Source: a virus
Virus record (IMG/VR): IMGVR_UViG_3300045988_091582
DNA: 64,000 nt
Reading direction: 5' to 3' (one strand)
The notes under the pieces are model-generated. The model saw only the letters and a list, made by a program, of their open reading frames with translations, ran no database searches and was not told the DNA's origin. Positions 49,972 to 59,729 of the stretch are shown piece by piece. How positions within the stretch are numbered: the stretch's first letter is position 1; every line of letters begins with the position of its first letter. The position numbers and the translations under genes are program-made.

Positions 49972-50583
49972 ATGTTTGATTTAAACATTGATGAAGAAAT
50001 AACAATTTTAGAAAAATATAATATTACTCCTACTGAATTATTTGTTGTTAAAGCTATAAATGCCTATATAGAAGATTATTCAGAAGATTATCTTCGTAGG
50101 TATTTAGCTATTGATAAAAAATATGTAGGAAGTTTTATAGATGTACTTAAATCTTTACAAGATAAAGGTCTTATCCTTAAAAGTTATAAAATTATTCCAG
50201 GAATGAAATTAGTTCCTGAAGAGATACCATTTAATAAAAACTTCTTAAAATGTTTAGCTAAGAGTTCCTTTGAAATGGGAAAAGAACTTAGAGAACATTA
50301 TCCTAGATTTAGAAATATTAATGGATGCTTAACTAGTATGCTAGGTGTTTCTAAAAAGTTTAATAGTCTTGAAGATGCTTATAGAACTTATGGAAAGAAA
50401 ATTCATTGGAATGAAGAACTTCATAAAAAGATTATTGATTTACTAGATTGGGAAGCTAATACTGATAATGGTATTATTAATTATAGCTTAGCTACATTTA
50501 TTGTAGATGAAAAATGGGAAGATCTTGAAGCTTTAAAGAATGGAGATTCAGGTATGAATTATAATTCAATCACCACTCTGTGA
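49972..50583 (+). CDS. hypothetical protein
   Basis: Track ORF 203 aa. Confidence 0.5.
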   Translation: MFDLNIDEEITILEKYNITPTELFVVKAINAYIEDYSEDYLRRYLAIDKKYVGSFIDVLKSLQDKGLILKSYKIIPGMKLVPEEIPFNKNFLKCLAKSSFEMGKELREHYPRFRNINGCLTSMLGVSKKFNSLEDAYRTYGKKIHWNEELHKKIIDLLDWEANTDNGIINYSLATFIVDEKWEDLEALKNGDSGMNYNSITTL

Positions 50584-51662
50584 GTTTAGAAAGTTTTAAA
50601 CGTTCGATAGAGCTTGGTAGACAAGGATTTAATCAAGGATTTAGTATGGGTCTTCCTAAATTGGAAGAATTAATAGGAGGTATTACTAAAAGTACCATGA
50701 CTCTTTTATTTGCGAGTTCAGGACAAGGTAAAAGTTCATGCGTATTATATTCTTATATATACGCTCCTTTAAAAGAGCATTTAGAAGATAATAAATTAAG
50801 AATTATTTTCTTTGCTCTTGAAATGAAAGAAGACTTTATTATAGCTAAATTATTAAGTACTTATTTATATGATACCTATCATATTGTTGTAACTGCTAAA
50901 CAAATATTATCTATAGGTAAAGATTATATTTTACCTGACGATTTATATGAGTATGTACAACTAGGATATGATTGGCTAGAAAAAGTATATAAAGTACTAA
51001 CTATATACGAAGGCTCTTTTAATTCTGATAAGCTCATAAAAGTTACAATGGAAGAGCTTAAAAAAGAAGGAGAATTTATAGAGAATAAATATATTCCGAA
51101 AGACCCTGAAAAAGTAATACTTTCAGTAACTGACCATGTTGGATTGATCCAGCCATCTAATGGAAGGAACAGAAAAGGAGAGATTGATGATTATACTAAT
51201 AAATTAGTTATCATTAGAAATAAAACAGGATTATCTCCAATTATTGTTATGCAATCCAATAGAGCAGTGGCTAACATGGAAAGAAAAAAGAATGAAGCTT
51301 TCATGGAGCCAATGGTGGAGGATATTAAGGAAACATCCACTGTTTCAGAGAATTCTGAAATTATTTTAGCTGTATATAATCCTCAAGTTGATAAAAGAAC
51401 AACTTATAGAGGTTATCAAGTTAAAGAAATGGGTTATAGGTTCCGAAGTATTCTTGTACTAAAGTCAAGATATGGAGAAAACCAAGTAGCTGATTGTTGT
51501 TTCTTTGACGGTGCAGTAAATAAGTGGATGGAAATGCCTAAGCCAGAAGAAATCTTTGATTATTCTAGATATCGAGCTACAAATAACAGTTCAACAGATA
51601 ATATAATAAAGAATGAAGATAAAGATGAAAAAGTGAAAAATAAATTAGACTATAGTTTATGA
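50580..51662 (+). CDS. DnaB-like replicative helicase (RecA-fold domain)
   Basis: 360 aa; GF..GLPKLEELIGGI..STMTLLFASSGQGKSS Walker A in DnaB C-terminal-domain context; Walker B-like VTDHVGLI. Confidence 0.55.
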   Translation: MSLESFKRSIELGRQGFNQGFSMGLPKLEELIGGITKSTMTLLFASSGQGKSSCVLYSYIYAPLKEHLEDNKLRIIFFALEMKEDFIIAKLLSTYLYDTYHIVVTAKQILSIGKDYILPDDLYEYVQLGYDWLEKVYKVLTIYEGSFNSDKLIKVTMEELKKEGEFIENKYIPKDPEKVILSVTDHVGLIQPSNGRNRKGEIDDYTNKLVIIRNKTGLSPIIVMQSNRAVANMERKKNEAFMEPMVEDIKETSTVSENSEIILAVYNPQVDKRTTYRGYQVKEMGYRFRSILVLKSRYGENQVADCCFFDGAVNKWMEMPKPEEIFDYSRYRATNNSSTDNIIKNEDKDEKVKNKLDYSL

Positions 51663-52411
51663 TTATTGGTTTAGCAGGTTTGAGTGGCACCGGAAAAAGC
51701 ACTTCTTTGCGTTATTTAGATTATAAAACAACATTTATTATTAGTTGTACTAATAAGCAGCTTCAAATTCCTGGATTTAGACGTAAATACAAGAAAGCTG
51801 AAGTTGTAAATAAAAAGCCAGTTGGAAATTGGCTTGTATCTAATGATTATACTACTATTGGTAAGTGGTTGAAAATTATTGATAAATTACGTCCTGATAT
51901 TAAGACAGTAGTTGTAGATGATGCTAACTATTGTCTTTCAAATAATATAATGGATTCTGCTCTTGAAAAAGGTTGGGATAAGCACGTTGTGTTTGCTAAA
52001 AATTACTATGATTTAATCATGGAAGCTAGTGAACTGCGTGAGGATCTTAATGTAGTATTCATTAGTCATATTATTAATGCTGGTACTGACCTCGACGAAC
52101 ATTGGCAGTTATATTCTAGTGGTAAAATGTTGGATAGAACCGTAAATATTGACGGTTTATTTTCTTATATTTTATATACTGAACGCCAGGTTGATGATGA
52201 TGGCAATATTAGTTATTTCTTTAGAACTAAAACCAACGGTAACGATACTTGTCGTAGTGTTGACGGATGTTTTAAAGATAAACTGATTGAACCTAATATG
52301 CAGAAGGTTTTAGATACTATCCATAACTTTGAATATAGTGAGGAAGAAGAAATCGCAGATGACAATAATGAAACCAATAATGATGACAATATTTTAAATG
52401 AAGCTAATTAA
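51659..52411 (+). CDS. P-loop NTPase (possible helicase loader)
   Basis: 250 aa; Walker A GLAGLSGTGKST, Walker B VVVDDAN; acidic C-terminus. Confidence 0.5.
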   Translation: MIIGLAGLSGTGKSTSLRYLDYKTTFIISCTNKQLQIPGFRRKYKKAEVVNKKPVGNWLVSNDYTTIGKWLKIIDKLRPDIKTVVVDDANYCLSNNIMDSALEKGWDKHVVFAKNYYDLIMEASELREDLNVVFISHIINAGTDLDEHWQLYSSGKMLDRTVNIDGLFSYILYTERQVDDDGNISYFFRTKTNGNDTCRSVDGCFKDKLIEPNMQKVLDTIHNFEYSEEEEIADDNNETNNDDNILNEAN

Positions 52412-53003
52412 AATGACAATTAAGTCCGAGTGGCTTAATGAAGAAACTGGAGAAATTTTTACTGATACACGTGAATTGAAGGATGATTCTGTAAAGAAGC
52501 CGTCTACTCGTAAGTCTTCTTCTAAAAAGAAAGACTCAGAAGTGGATGATACAAATCCTAATCCACTATTAATTCTTGAGGAGAATAAGTATATTCTTAA
52601 TAAGGCTGCTGTTGAGGCTCTTGGTGTAGAACCAGGAGATAAAGTAGATATTAAACAGCAGAAGCTTAATAAGAAAGAGTGCCTAGTTATCGGAGCTACT
52701 GAAACATTTGGTACGCAGTCAGGTAATAAATTAACTCAGAAAAATGCAGTTTCATATAGAGGAAAGAATAACCAGAACCTTGCTGAGCATGGTAATGAGT
52801 TTACTTTCACTCCACATCCTAAAATTGATGGATTGTTTATATTAACAGGTAATCGAGAGCCTGAGATTAAAGAAGATGTAGTCCCTGAAGCAGAGGATAT
52901 TGCATCAGAAGATGAATTAGATGACGAAATGGCTAGTCTTATTGACGGCAGCGCAGATGATACAGAAATCTCAGATAATGATTTTAATTTCGATAATCTT
53001 TAA
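52398..53003 (+). CDS. acidic hypothetical protein
   Basis: Track ORF 201 aa; Asp/Glu-rich tail. Confidence 0.45.
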   Translation: MKLIKMTIKSEWLNEETGEIFTDTRELKDDSVKKPSTRKSSSKKKDSEVDDTNPNPLLILEENKYILNKAAVEALGVEPGDKVDIKQQKLNKKECLVIGATETFGTQSGNKLTQKNAVSYRGKNNQNLAEHGNEFTFTPHPKIDGLFILTGNREPEIKEDVVPEAEDIASEDELDDEMASLIDGSADDTEISDNDFNFDNL

Positions 53004-53015
53004 TAATATAGCAAT

Positions 53016-53786
53016 ATGAATTTAAATTTTGGTGGTCTTGGTGATATTAATCCTACAAGTAAGAAAGGTCTTCGTCCTTATGGAATTTATCTCGTTCAGT
53101 TAAAAAGTGTAGAAACTAAAGAGGGTAAAGGTAAGCAAGACCCTGACACAACTTGGAAATCTCTAGTACTTCATTTTGAAGGTGAACAAGGAACTTATCA
53201 AGAATCATTGTTTTATCCTAATGAAAGTTCTGCTAAAAGATATGAGGGTAAGAGAAAAGATTCTAAAGGTGTAGAGTTCCCATATGTACTTCCTTCAGCA
53301 TTTGAGCAGCTTAAGGGTTTTATGCTGCATATTATAACAGTAGTAGGAGGTGATAAGGCTAAAGAATTGTTTGTAACTAAAGCTCCTGCTTGTAAGAGTA
53401 CTGACCAATTCATGCAGCTTTTCCAGGCAGTATTGACTAAGTATTGTATGAATAAAAACTTTTATTTAAAGCTTAGTGGTCGTAAGGAAAAGAAAAAGGA
53501 TGAAAAAGGAATTATGAAGGAAACTGGTAATGTATTTGCCAAAATTCCTGATATTGGAGCTATTAATAGTGATGGACAGTTCTATATCCGTGATAATTTT
53601 GCTAGCTTAGAGGAAGATAAATTGTCATTCTCTAGTTATGAGATTAAACAGAAGGAGGATATGGAGAAGCGTAAGCCTACTGCTCCTGTGCCAGCAGCTG
53701 ATTCAGAAGAGGCTAAATCTATTGACTCTACTGAAGGCAAGGAGGCTCAAGATGAAGACTTCGACGCTATGCTGGCAGATATGTAG
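53016..53786 (+). CDS. putative single-stranded DNA-binding protein
   Basis: 256 aa; SSB-like acidic C-terminal tip ...QDEDFDAMLADM; sits in the replication module; inference only. Confidence 0.4.
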   Translation: MNLNFGGLGDINPTSKKGLRPYGIYLVQLKSVETKEGKGKQDPDTTWKSLVLHFEGEQGTYQESLFYPNESSAKRYEGKRKDSKGVEFPYVLPSAFEQLKGFMLHIITVVGGDKAKELFVTKAPACKSTDQFMQLFQAVLTKYCMNKNFYLKLSGRKEKKKDEKGIMKETGNVFAKIPDIGAINSDGQFYIRDNFASLEEDKLSFSSYEIKQKEDMEKRKPTAPVPAADSEEAKSIDSTEGKEAQDEDFDAMLADM

Positions 53787-53809
53787 TAATTATAAAGTAA
53801 GTAGTTTTT

Positions 53810-54820
53810 ATGGAATTAGATTTTTCTTATAAACCAGATATTACTAAGGACTACTTACTTAAATATAACACAGAGGAAGCCTATATGGAGTATTATCTTG
53901 GCGTAAAAGTTTCAAAAAAATTAATTTGTAATCCTTTACGTAAAGATAAAAATCCTACGGCTTCCTTTTTTCGTAACTCTAAAGGAGAACTTATATTTCA
54001 TGATTTTAATGGAAGTTTTTATGGAAACTTTATATCTGTAATTATGACTAAATATGCTTGTAAATACCATCAAGCATTAGACATTATAGCTAAAGATTTT
54101 GGCTTATTAAAAGGACAAAATAATTATCATTCTGTAATACAATCAAGCACTTCTTTTGTTAAAACAAACGAGCCAGCAGATATACGAGTAGAAATAAAAA
54201 ATTTCTCAGAAGATGAATTAAAATGGTGGAGTAAGCAAGGAGTTTCTTTAGAATTACTAAATAAATATAAAGTATATTCTTGTCGTACTGTATTTTTAAA
54301 TGGTAATATTCAAACTATAAAGACCAAAGATAACTTTATCTTCGGATATTATGGAGGAACAATGCAAGGTAAAGAATTATGGAGAATTTATTATCCTAAA
54401 CGTAAGGAATATAGATTTCTAACAAATTGGCCCTCTAAAAAGGTTCAGGGTTATAGTCAGTTACCTAAAAAAGGTAATTTATTAGTCATAACTAAAAGTA
54501 TGAAAGATACTATGTGTTTAAGGGGTTTAGGTGTAACAGCTTGTGCTCCAAATAGTGAGACACAATGGTTATCTGAAAACATGTTAAATGATCTAAAAGA
54601 AAGATTTACTTATATAGTAACTTTTTATGATAATGATAGACCTGGAATGTTTAATATGGCTAAAATAAGAAGAAATCATCCAGAATTACTTTATTTCTTT
54701 ATACCTCATAAATTCAAAGTAAAAGATATAAGTGATTTTTATAAAAAATATGGTCGACAGAATACTTTAAAATTTATAAAGTATTATATAAAAAAATTAA
54801 GTAACTATGTCAAAAAGTAA
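53810..54820 (+). CDS. DNA primase (Toprim domain)
   Basis: 336 aa; Toprim acidic motif YIVTFYDNDRPG; zinc-binding-like N-terminus. Confidence 0.5.
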   Translation: MELDFSYKPDITKDYLLKYNTEEAYMEYYLGVKVSKKLICNPLRKDKNPTASFFRNSKGELIFHDFNGSFYGNFISVIMTKYACKYHQALDIIAKDFGLLKGQNNYHSVIQSSTSFVKTNEPADIRVEIKNFSEDELKWWSKQGVSLELLNKYKVYSCRTVFLNGNIQTIKTKDNFIFGYYGGTMQGKELWRIYYPKRKEYRFLTNWPSKKVQGYSQLPKKGNLLVITKSMKDTMCLRGLGVTACAPNSETQWLSENMLNDLKERFTYIVTFYDNDRPGMFNMAKIRRNHPELLYFFIPHKFKVKDISDFYKKYGRQNTLKFIKYYIKKLSNYVKK

Positions 54821-54866
54821 TTAGAATCTGAATACTGCTATTAGAATAACATATAAGAATGGCGAT

Positions 54867-55358
54867 GTGCACGATTATACATCTATAGAAGAATGCTCCG
54901 AAAAAACTAAAATAAGTCAGGCAGCTCTTAAAATTAGATGTAATAAATCTGGAAAAATGGCTGATGGCACTTTATATGAATGGATAGATAGCCATACTAA
55001 GAAGAGTTATCAAGCTAAAAAGAGTCGTAGGAAAGGACAAAAATATGAATTAGATATAATACACGAGCTTACAGATTTAGGTTTTAAGGGATTAAAAAGC
55101 TCTAGATCAGAATCCCGTAACTTAGATAATGCAAAAATAGATATTGCAGAAACTGAAGATCATTTAAGTTGTTATATTCAATGTAAAGCTACTGCTAATA
55201 CTCCAAATATTGAAAAAATCTCAGAGGAATGTAATTATAAAGACCGTCCTCTAGCAATATTTTGGAAAAAGCAAAAACCTGAAGTAGGAACTAAATGTCC
55301 AGAGTTTGTACTTATACCTAAAGAATATTTTTATAAATTAATTAAGCATGAAATCTGA
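54867..55358 (+). CDS. hypothetical protein
   Basis: Track ORF 163 aa. Confidence 0.45.
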   Translation: MHDYTSIEECSEKTKISQAALKIRCNKSGKMADGTLYEWIDSHTKKSYQAKKSRRKGQKYELDIIHELTDLGFKGLKSSRSESRNLDNAKIDIAETEDHLSCYIQCKATANTPNIEKISEECNYKDRPLAIFWKKQKPEVGTKCPEFVLIPKEYFYKLIKHEI

Positions 55359-55404
55359 ATAATATATAAAATTAATACATTCTAAGAATCCTGATTTATA
55401 GTGT

Positions 55405-56517
55405 ATGACAGAGTACACAGGAGCTAAATGTATTATGACTGTACAATGTAAAATATGTGGAAATATATTTAAAAGAAGAGCAGATTCTCTAAAAATAAAC
55501 TGTACTTGCCCAACTTGCAGTAAATTAGCTAAATTAGATAAAACTAAAAATAAATTTTTAGATTATATTCGGCTACATAACATTAAGTTAATAGGAACTT
55601 ATATAGATACAAAGTCTAAGATAAAATATAAGTGTTTAAAATGTGGTTATGTATGGAGCACCACTCCAGAATCAATAATGCAAGAACATGGTTGTGCAAA
55701 ATGTGCTTCTCATATAAGTTATAAATTGACTACAGAAGATTTTATAGAAAAAGCCAAACAAGTGCAATAGGGCAATTACGATTATTCAAATACAAAGTAT
55801 ACTGTAGCTAATGCAAAATTAACAATAGGTTGCCCTAGACATGGTTTATTTGAAATTTTTCCAAATAATTTTATAAGAAGAGGTATATGTCCAAAATGCA
55901 GCATCGAATAGCGCGCTTCAAATAGAAGATTATCTATTAAAGATTTTGTAGAAAAAGCTCGGCGAGTTCATGGAAACAAGTATGATTATAGTAAAGTAAA
56001 ATACTTTAATAGACAAACAAAAGTATCCATAATATGTCCTACACATGGGGAATTTATGCAAACTCCTGCACACCATTTAAAAGGTTGTGGATGTTAGAAA
56101 TGCAGTTAGTCACATGGAGAAAATTTTGTGGAACAATATTTATAGTCTAAAAATATTTTATTTCAATAGTAGTACGTTGTACATGTTCCTGAAAATATTA
56201 GAAGTTCAGGGAAAATATATGTTGATTTTTATATAAGATCTTTAAACACAATTATTGAATATAATGGTAAACAACATTATATTCCTATAAAACATTTTGG
56301 AGGATAGTTAGCATTTGATTCTTAGAAAAAACGTGATAACTATTTACGGCGATATTGTTTGGATAATAAAATTAGATTAATTGAATTACCTGAGGGAATA
56401 AGTTTTGATATATTGCGAGATTATCTAGATACTTATTTAATAGATAGCCTCCAACAATGGTTCCTATGGATTTCTTTTATACTTTATTAGAATGTTATTC
56501 TAAAAGTAATAATTTAA
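55405..56517 (+). CDS. homing-endonuclease-like protein (Zn-ribbon repeats + DUF559/Vsr-like PD-(D/E)xK), TAG-recoded
   Basis: Track ORF 55405..55770 continues in frame to TAA 56515-56517 through ~10 TAG; repeated KYDYSKVKY..IICP.HGEF..GCGC modules; YVDFYI...IEYNGKQHY nuclease motif. Confidence 0.55.
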
Positions 56518-56518
56518 T

Positions 56519-56707
56519 ATGAGAGAACTATTAACCTTAATAGTAATAGATTTTATAATAAGTATAATATTAATTTTACTTAAGATTTCTGGGATATTAT
56601 TATGGAGTTGGATAACATTAGCAGTGGTAATATTTTTATCACTTCCAATTACCATGATAATATTATTTATTATTATAATGATAATTATATATAACAATAC
56701 CAAATGA
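56519..56707 (+). CDS. small membrane protein
   Basis: Track ORF 62 aa; two hydrophobic helices; opposite-strand ORF 56500..56754 judged spurious. Confidence 0.35.
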   Translation: MRELLTLIVIDFIISIILILLKISGILLWSWITLAVVIFLSLPITMIILFIIIMIIIYNNTK

Positions 56708-56949
56708 ATAATTATATTTTTGCAATTTGTCAGAGTAATAAAAATAAACTTCATAAGTTAACAGCATCTTCATATGAAGAAGCCGTTGAAAAGGCTAAAG
56801 AAGAAGTTGATAAGTACTTAAATTTAGACGATGATACATATGCTATTCTTGATAATAATGATAGCTGGATAAATATCAGAGCTGAATTGGCTAAGAAAGG
56901 TATTGGGGTAACATATATAAGAGATATTGAGGAATTATTTAATCTATGA
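56704..56949 (+). CDS. hypothetical protein
   Basis: Track ORF 81 aa. Confidence 0.45.
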   Translation: MNNYIFAICQSNKNKLHKLTASSYEEAVEKAKEEVDKYLNLDDDTYAILDNNDSWINIRAELAKKGIGVTYIRDIEELFNL

Positions 56950-57482
56950 AATTAAGAATTGGTTTAGATTTAGATGATACATTAAATGAGTTTATGAATC
57001 CATATTTAAAAAGATTTGGATATCCTAAGTCTGATGGAGAAATAACAAAAAATGTACAACAAGTTTTAATAAAAGACAGAGAATGGTGGATAAATCTTCC
57101 AGTAAAAAATAAAATAAACTTTATACCTGAATTATATTGTACTAAAAGAGTATGCAATAAAGACTATAGTAAAACATGGCTAAAGAATAATGGTTATCCT
57201 AGTAAACCTGTTTATCAAGTCTTATGCCAGCGTGCTAATAAAGCTCGATATATAAAAGGTAGAGTTGATATTTTCATTGATGATTCTGTTAGTAATTTTA
57301 TTCAGATGAATCTAGCAGGATTACCTTGCTTATTAATAGCTTCTGAATCTAATGAAAAATGGGGTCCTTATGGTAAGATTTATAGTTTAGATAAAGAAGA
57401 GATAGAATATGGGTATGAATGTATAAAAGAGTCGGAAGACTTTAATAATTACTTACGTGAAATTAAGTCAAATTTCTATTAA
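56946..57482 (+). CDS. HAD-superfamily 5'(3')-deoxyribonucleotidase-like hydrolase
   Basis: 178 aa; IGLDLDDTL matches HAD motif I; VDIFIDDS matches motif IV. Confidence 0.55.
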   Translation: MKLRIGLDLDDTLNEFMNPYLKRFGYPKSDGEITKNVQQVLIKDREWWINLPVKNKINFIPELYCTKRVCNKDYSKTWLKNNGYPSKPVYQVLCQRANKARYIKGRVDIFIDDSVSNFIQMNLAGLPCLLIASESNEKWGPYGKIYSLDKEEIEYGYECIKESEDFNNYLREIKSNFY

Positions 57483-58503
57483 ACCTCTGATAGAGACTTT
57501 AAGAGTTGAAGATATTGATGACAATACTTATTTCTCAGAAAAGTATAATAATTATATCTCAAACTCTAGATTATCTAAAATAAATCCAGATCAAGATGGT
57601 TCTCCAACAGAGTTCTTTGATAATTGGGGTAAGACTAAGTTAAATACAACTAGCTTAGAATTTGGTAGTTGGTTGCATACTTTAGTTTTACAACCTAATG
57701 ACTTCTTTCTAACAGACGTTAGCAGACCTACTGCTAAAATGGGATCAATGGCAGATTATATTTATAAGAAAACACAAGGTATCAATGTTACTAATGATAT
57801 TATATTAGAAGCATCTGATAAATGTGATTATTTTAAAGATAAAATGTCAGATAAAAAAATAGAAAAAGTATTAGCAGACTGCACTCAATACTGGTGTGAT
57901 AGAAAAGCTTTTGAAAAAGAAAATAATGATACTAGAACACCAATATTTACAGATCCTAAAAATCACGCTAAACTAAAAGTCTGTCTAGAATCTTTAAATA
58001 GTGATACACAAATTCAATCTTTACTAAACCCTGAAGGATTACTAGAACAACCAATTATTGGTAATGAGATAGCTTTCCTTATAGATGTTTTAGTAGAGGC
58101 TCCAGAGCATAAACCTTTTATACTAAAAATTAAATCAAAACTTGATAATTATAGTATAGATAAAGAAGAAGGAATAATCACTGTAAATGATTTAAAAACC
58201 ACAGGAGATTTGATAAATAATTTTGCTAAAGGAGCTCTTATTAAATATCACTATTATAGAGAAATGGCTTTATATAGTTGGTTATTAACTATGGCTGCTA
58301 AGAAGAATTATAACATTGAGAATCCTAAAATTAGAAGTAATTTTTTAGTAGTAGAAACTATTCCAAATTTTAATACTAAAGTAGTTCCTATGACTAGAGA
58401 ACTTTTTAATAAAGGATTTAAAGAGTTTACTCACCTTCTTAAATTAGTAGCATTCTATTGTATGCATGGTTATGAGGGATTCGGAATTACTCAAGAGACC
58501 TGA
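57457..58503 (+). CDS. PD-(D/E)xK nuclease (RecB/YqaJ-like)
   Basis: 348 aa; ITVNDLKTTGD (D..E.K core) and FLVVETIPN. Confidence 0.5.
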   Translation: MKLSQISIKPLIETLRVEDIDDNTYFSEKYNNYISNSRLSKINPDQDGSPTEFFDNWGKTKLNTTSLEFGSWLHTLVLQPNDFFLTDVSRPTAKMGSMADYIYKKTQGINVTNDIILEASDKCDYFKDKMSDKKIEKVLADCTQYWCDRKAFEKENNDTRTPIFTDPKNHAKLKVCLESLNSDTQIQSLLNPEGLLEQPIIGNEIAFLIDVLVEAPEHKPFILKIKSKLDNYSIDKEEGIITVNDLKTTGDLINNFAKGALIKYHYYREMALYSWLLTMAAKKNYNIENPKIRSNFLVVETIPNFNTKVVPMTRELFNKGFKEFTHLLKLVAFYCMHGYEGFGITQET

Positions 58504-58825
58504 TTATACTAAACTTTCCGATTTATATCGTAAATATTTTAGTTTAGGGTCTTTAGGAGAAAGTATAAATTTAAAATTTGCACTTATATCGTTACTTGGA
58601 TATATGGTAAATTCTATGAAAAAGAAAAAACCTGGAGTTACTTATTATGAAGTAACTGCTAAATTAGCAGAAAAAACAGGTCTTGATGAAGATACAATAC
58701 AAGCTATTGCTATCATCACTGAGGATTTTTCATATGGATGTACCGATTTTCCAACATTTGGCGTGCAACCAAAAGATATGCCAGCAAAAATAAGAGAATT
58801 AATGGGGAAATTTCTTCCATTCTAA
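58466..58825 (+). CDS. hypothetical protein
   Basis: Track ORF 119 aa. Confidence 0.4.
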   Translation: MVMRDSELLKRPDYTKLSDLYRKYFSLGSLGESINLKFALISLLGYMVNSMKKKKPGVTYYEVTAKLAEKTGLDEDTIQAIAIITEDFSYGCTDFPTFGVQPKDMPAKIRELMGKFLPF

Positions 58826-58953
58826 AAAAATTAATTTTTTTATAATTTTCTTTTTGGAGGCAAAAAATATAGATTATATTAGCATTACAAAGATAAAGAA
58901 AAAACATCGCAGATGATTTGATAATAAGAATTAATGTTAATATATTTTTGAAA

Positions 58954-59598
58954 ATGAGTGAAATTTTTAATTTTAAGAGTTTTGAAGTAAATGCAGAAAC
59001 AAAGGAAGCAGCAGTAGCACAGGTAGAGAAAGAGAATTTCCATATTAATGGTGATGCAACACAGGCATGGAAGAAGTTCCATGAGAGAAATACTAAAGTA
59101 ACTTCTAATGATGAGAAGGAATTTAAGCTGGAGTATTTGAAGAAAAAGACTAAGAATGCTCCTGGTAGTGGTTTCATTGTAACTCTTTCTAGTGCTGTTG
59201 TAAGTACACGTGAGCGTCCTTGGAAGGTTGTTGATATTAAGACTGAGGGTAAGCGTGATACTCAGAAGAAGTTTGATTTGGTAGACCACGATACAAAGGA
59301 AGTACTGAAGACTTTGAAGTCTGAGCGTGTAAAGAACGAGAAGGCTGGCGAGCCAATTCTTGATAAGGATGGTAACGATACTGGTCGTGTTGAGCCAGAT
59401 ACAAAGGTTATTCGTCCTACTAAGACCGCAGCTAAGGAAATGGCTAAGGAACTTATTAAGAAGGGCTTTAAGGGTCAGATCGATATCGTTCAGGGTAAGG
59501 AGTCTATTGGTTCTGATCCAGTAGTAGCTACTGTAACTTATACTCCATCTAAGAGTACTAAGAATGGTCGCTATATGTTCTTTGGTTTGGAATTTTAA
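58954..59598 (+). CDS. hypothetical Lys/Glu-rich protein, higher-GC gene
   Basis: Within track ORF 58918..59598; start MSEIFNFKSF at 58954; elevated GC; followed by a strong terminator. Confidence 0.5.
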   Translation: MSEIFNFKSFEVNAETKEAAVAQVEKENFHINGDATQAWKKFHERNTKVTSNDEKEFKLEYLKKKTKNAPGSGFIVTLSSAVVSTRERPWKVVDIKTEGKRDTQKKFDLVDHDTKEVLKTLKSERVKNEKAGEPILDKDGNDTGRVEPDTKVIRPTKTAAKEMAKELIKKGFKGQIDIVQGKESIGSDPVVATVTYTPSKSTKNGRYMFFGLEF

Positions 59599-59622
59599 TT
59601 TTATCCCATAACTTTTAAAAGT

Positions 59623-59656
59623 AAGGCAGGTGCTCGCGAGAGTATCTGCCTTTTGT
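59623..59656 (+). terminator. rho-independent terminator
   Basis: AAGGCAGGTGCTCGCGAGAGTATCTGCCTT + TTGT. Confidence 0.55.
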
Positions 59657-59729
59657 AATTTAGATACCTTTATTTTACTAGATACTTTTATTTATAAAGG
59701 CGTAACAGCTATCTAATTTTTAAAAAAGT

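Noticed and set aside
53213-53832. ORFs 53213..53413 (-) and 53638..53832 (+)
   Set aside because: They lie inside or overlap the putative SSB gene and primase start out of frame. Their composition is not protein-like.
56500-59289. ORFs 56500..56754 (-), 56939..57157 (-), 58716..59177 (-) and 58885..59289 (-)
   Set aside because: Ile/Leu-rich translations of AT-rich antisense sequence overlapping better plus-strand genes.
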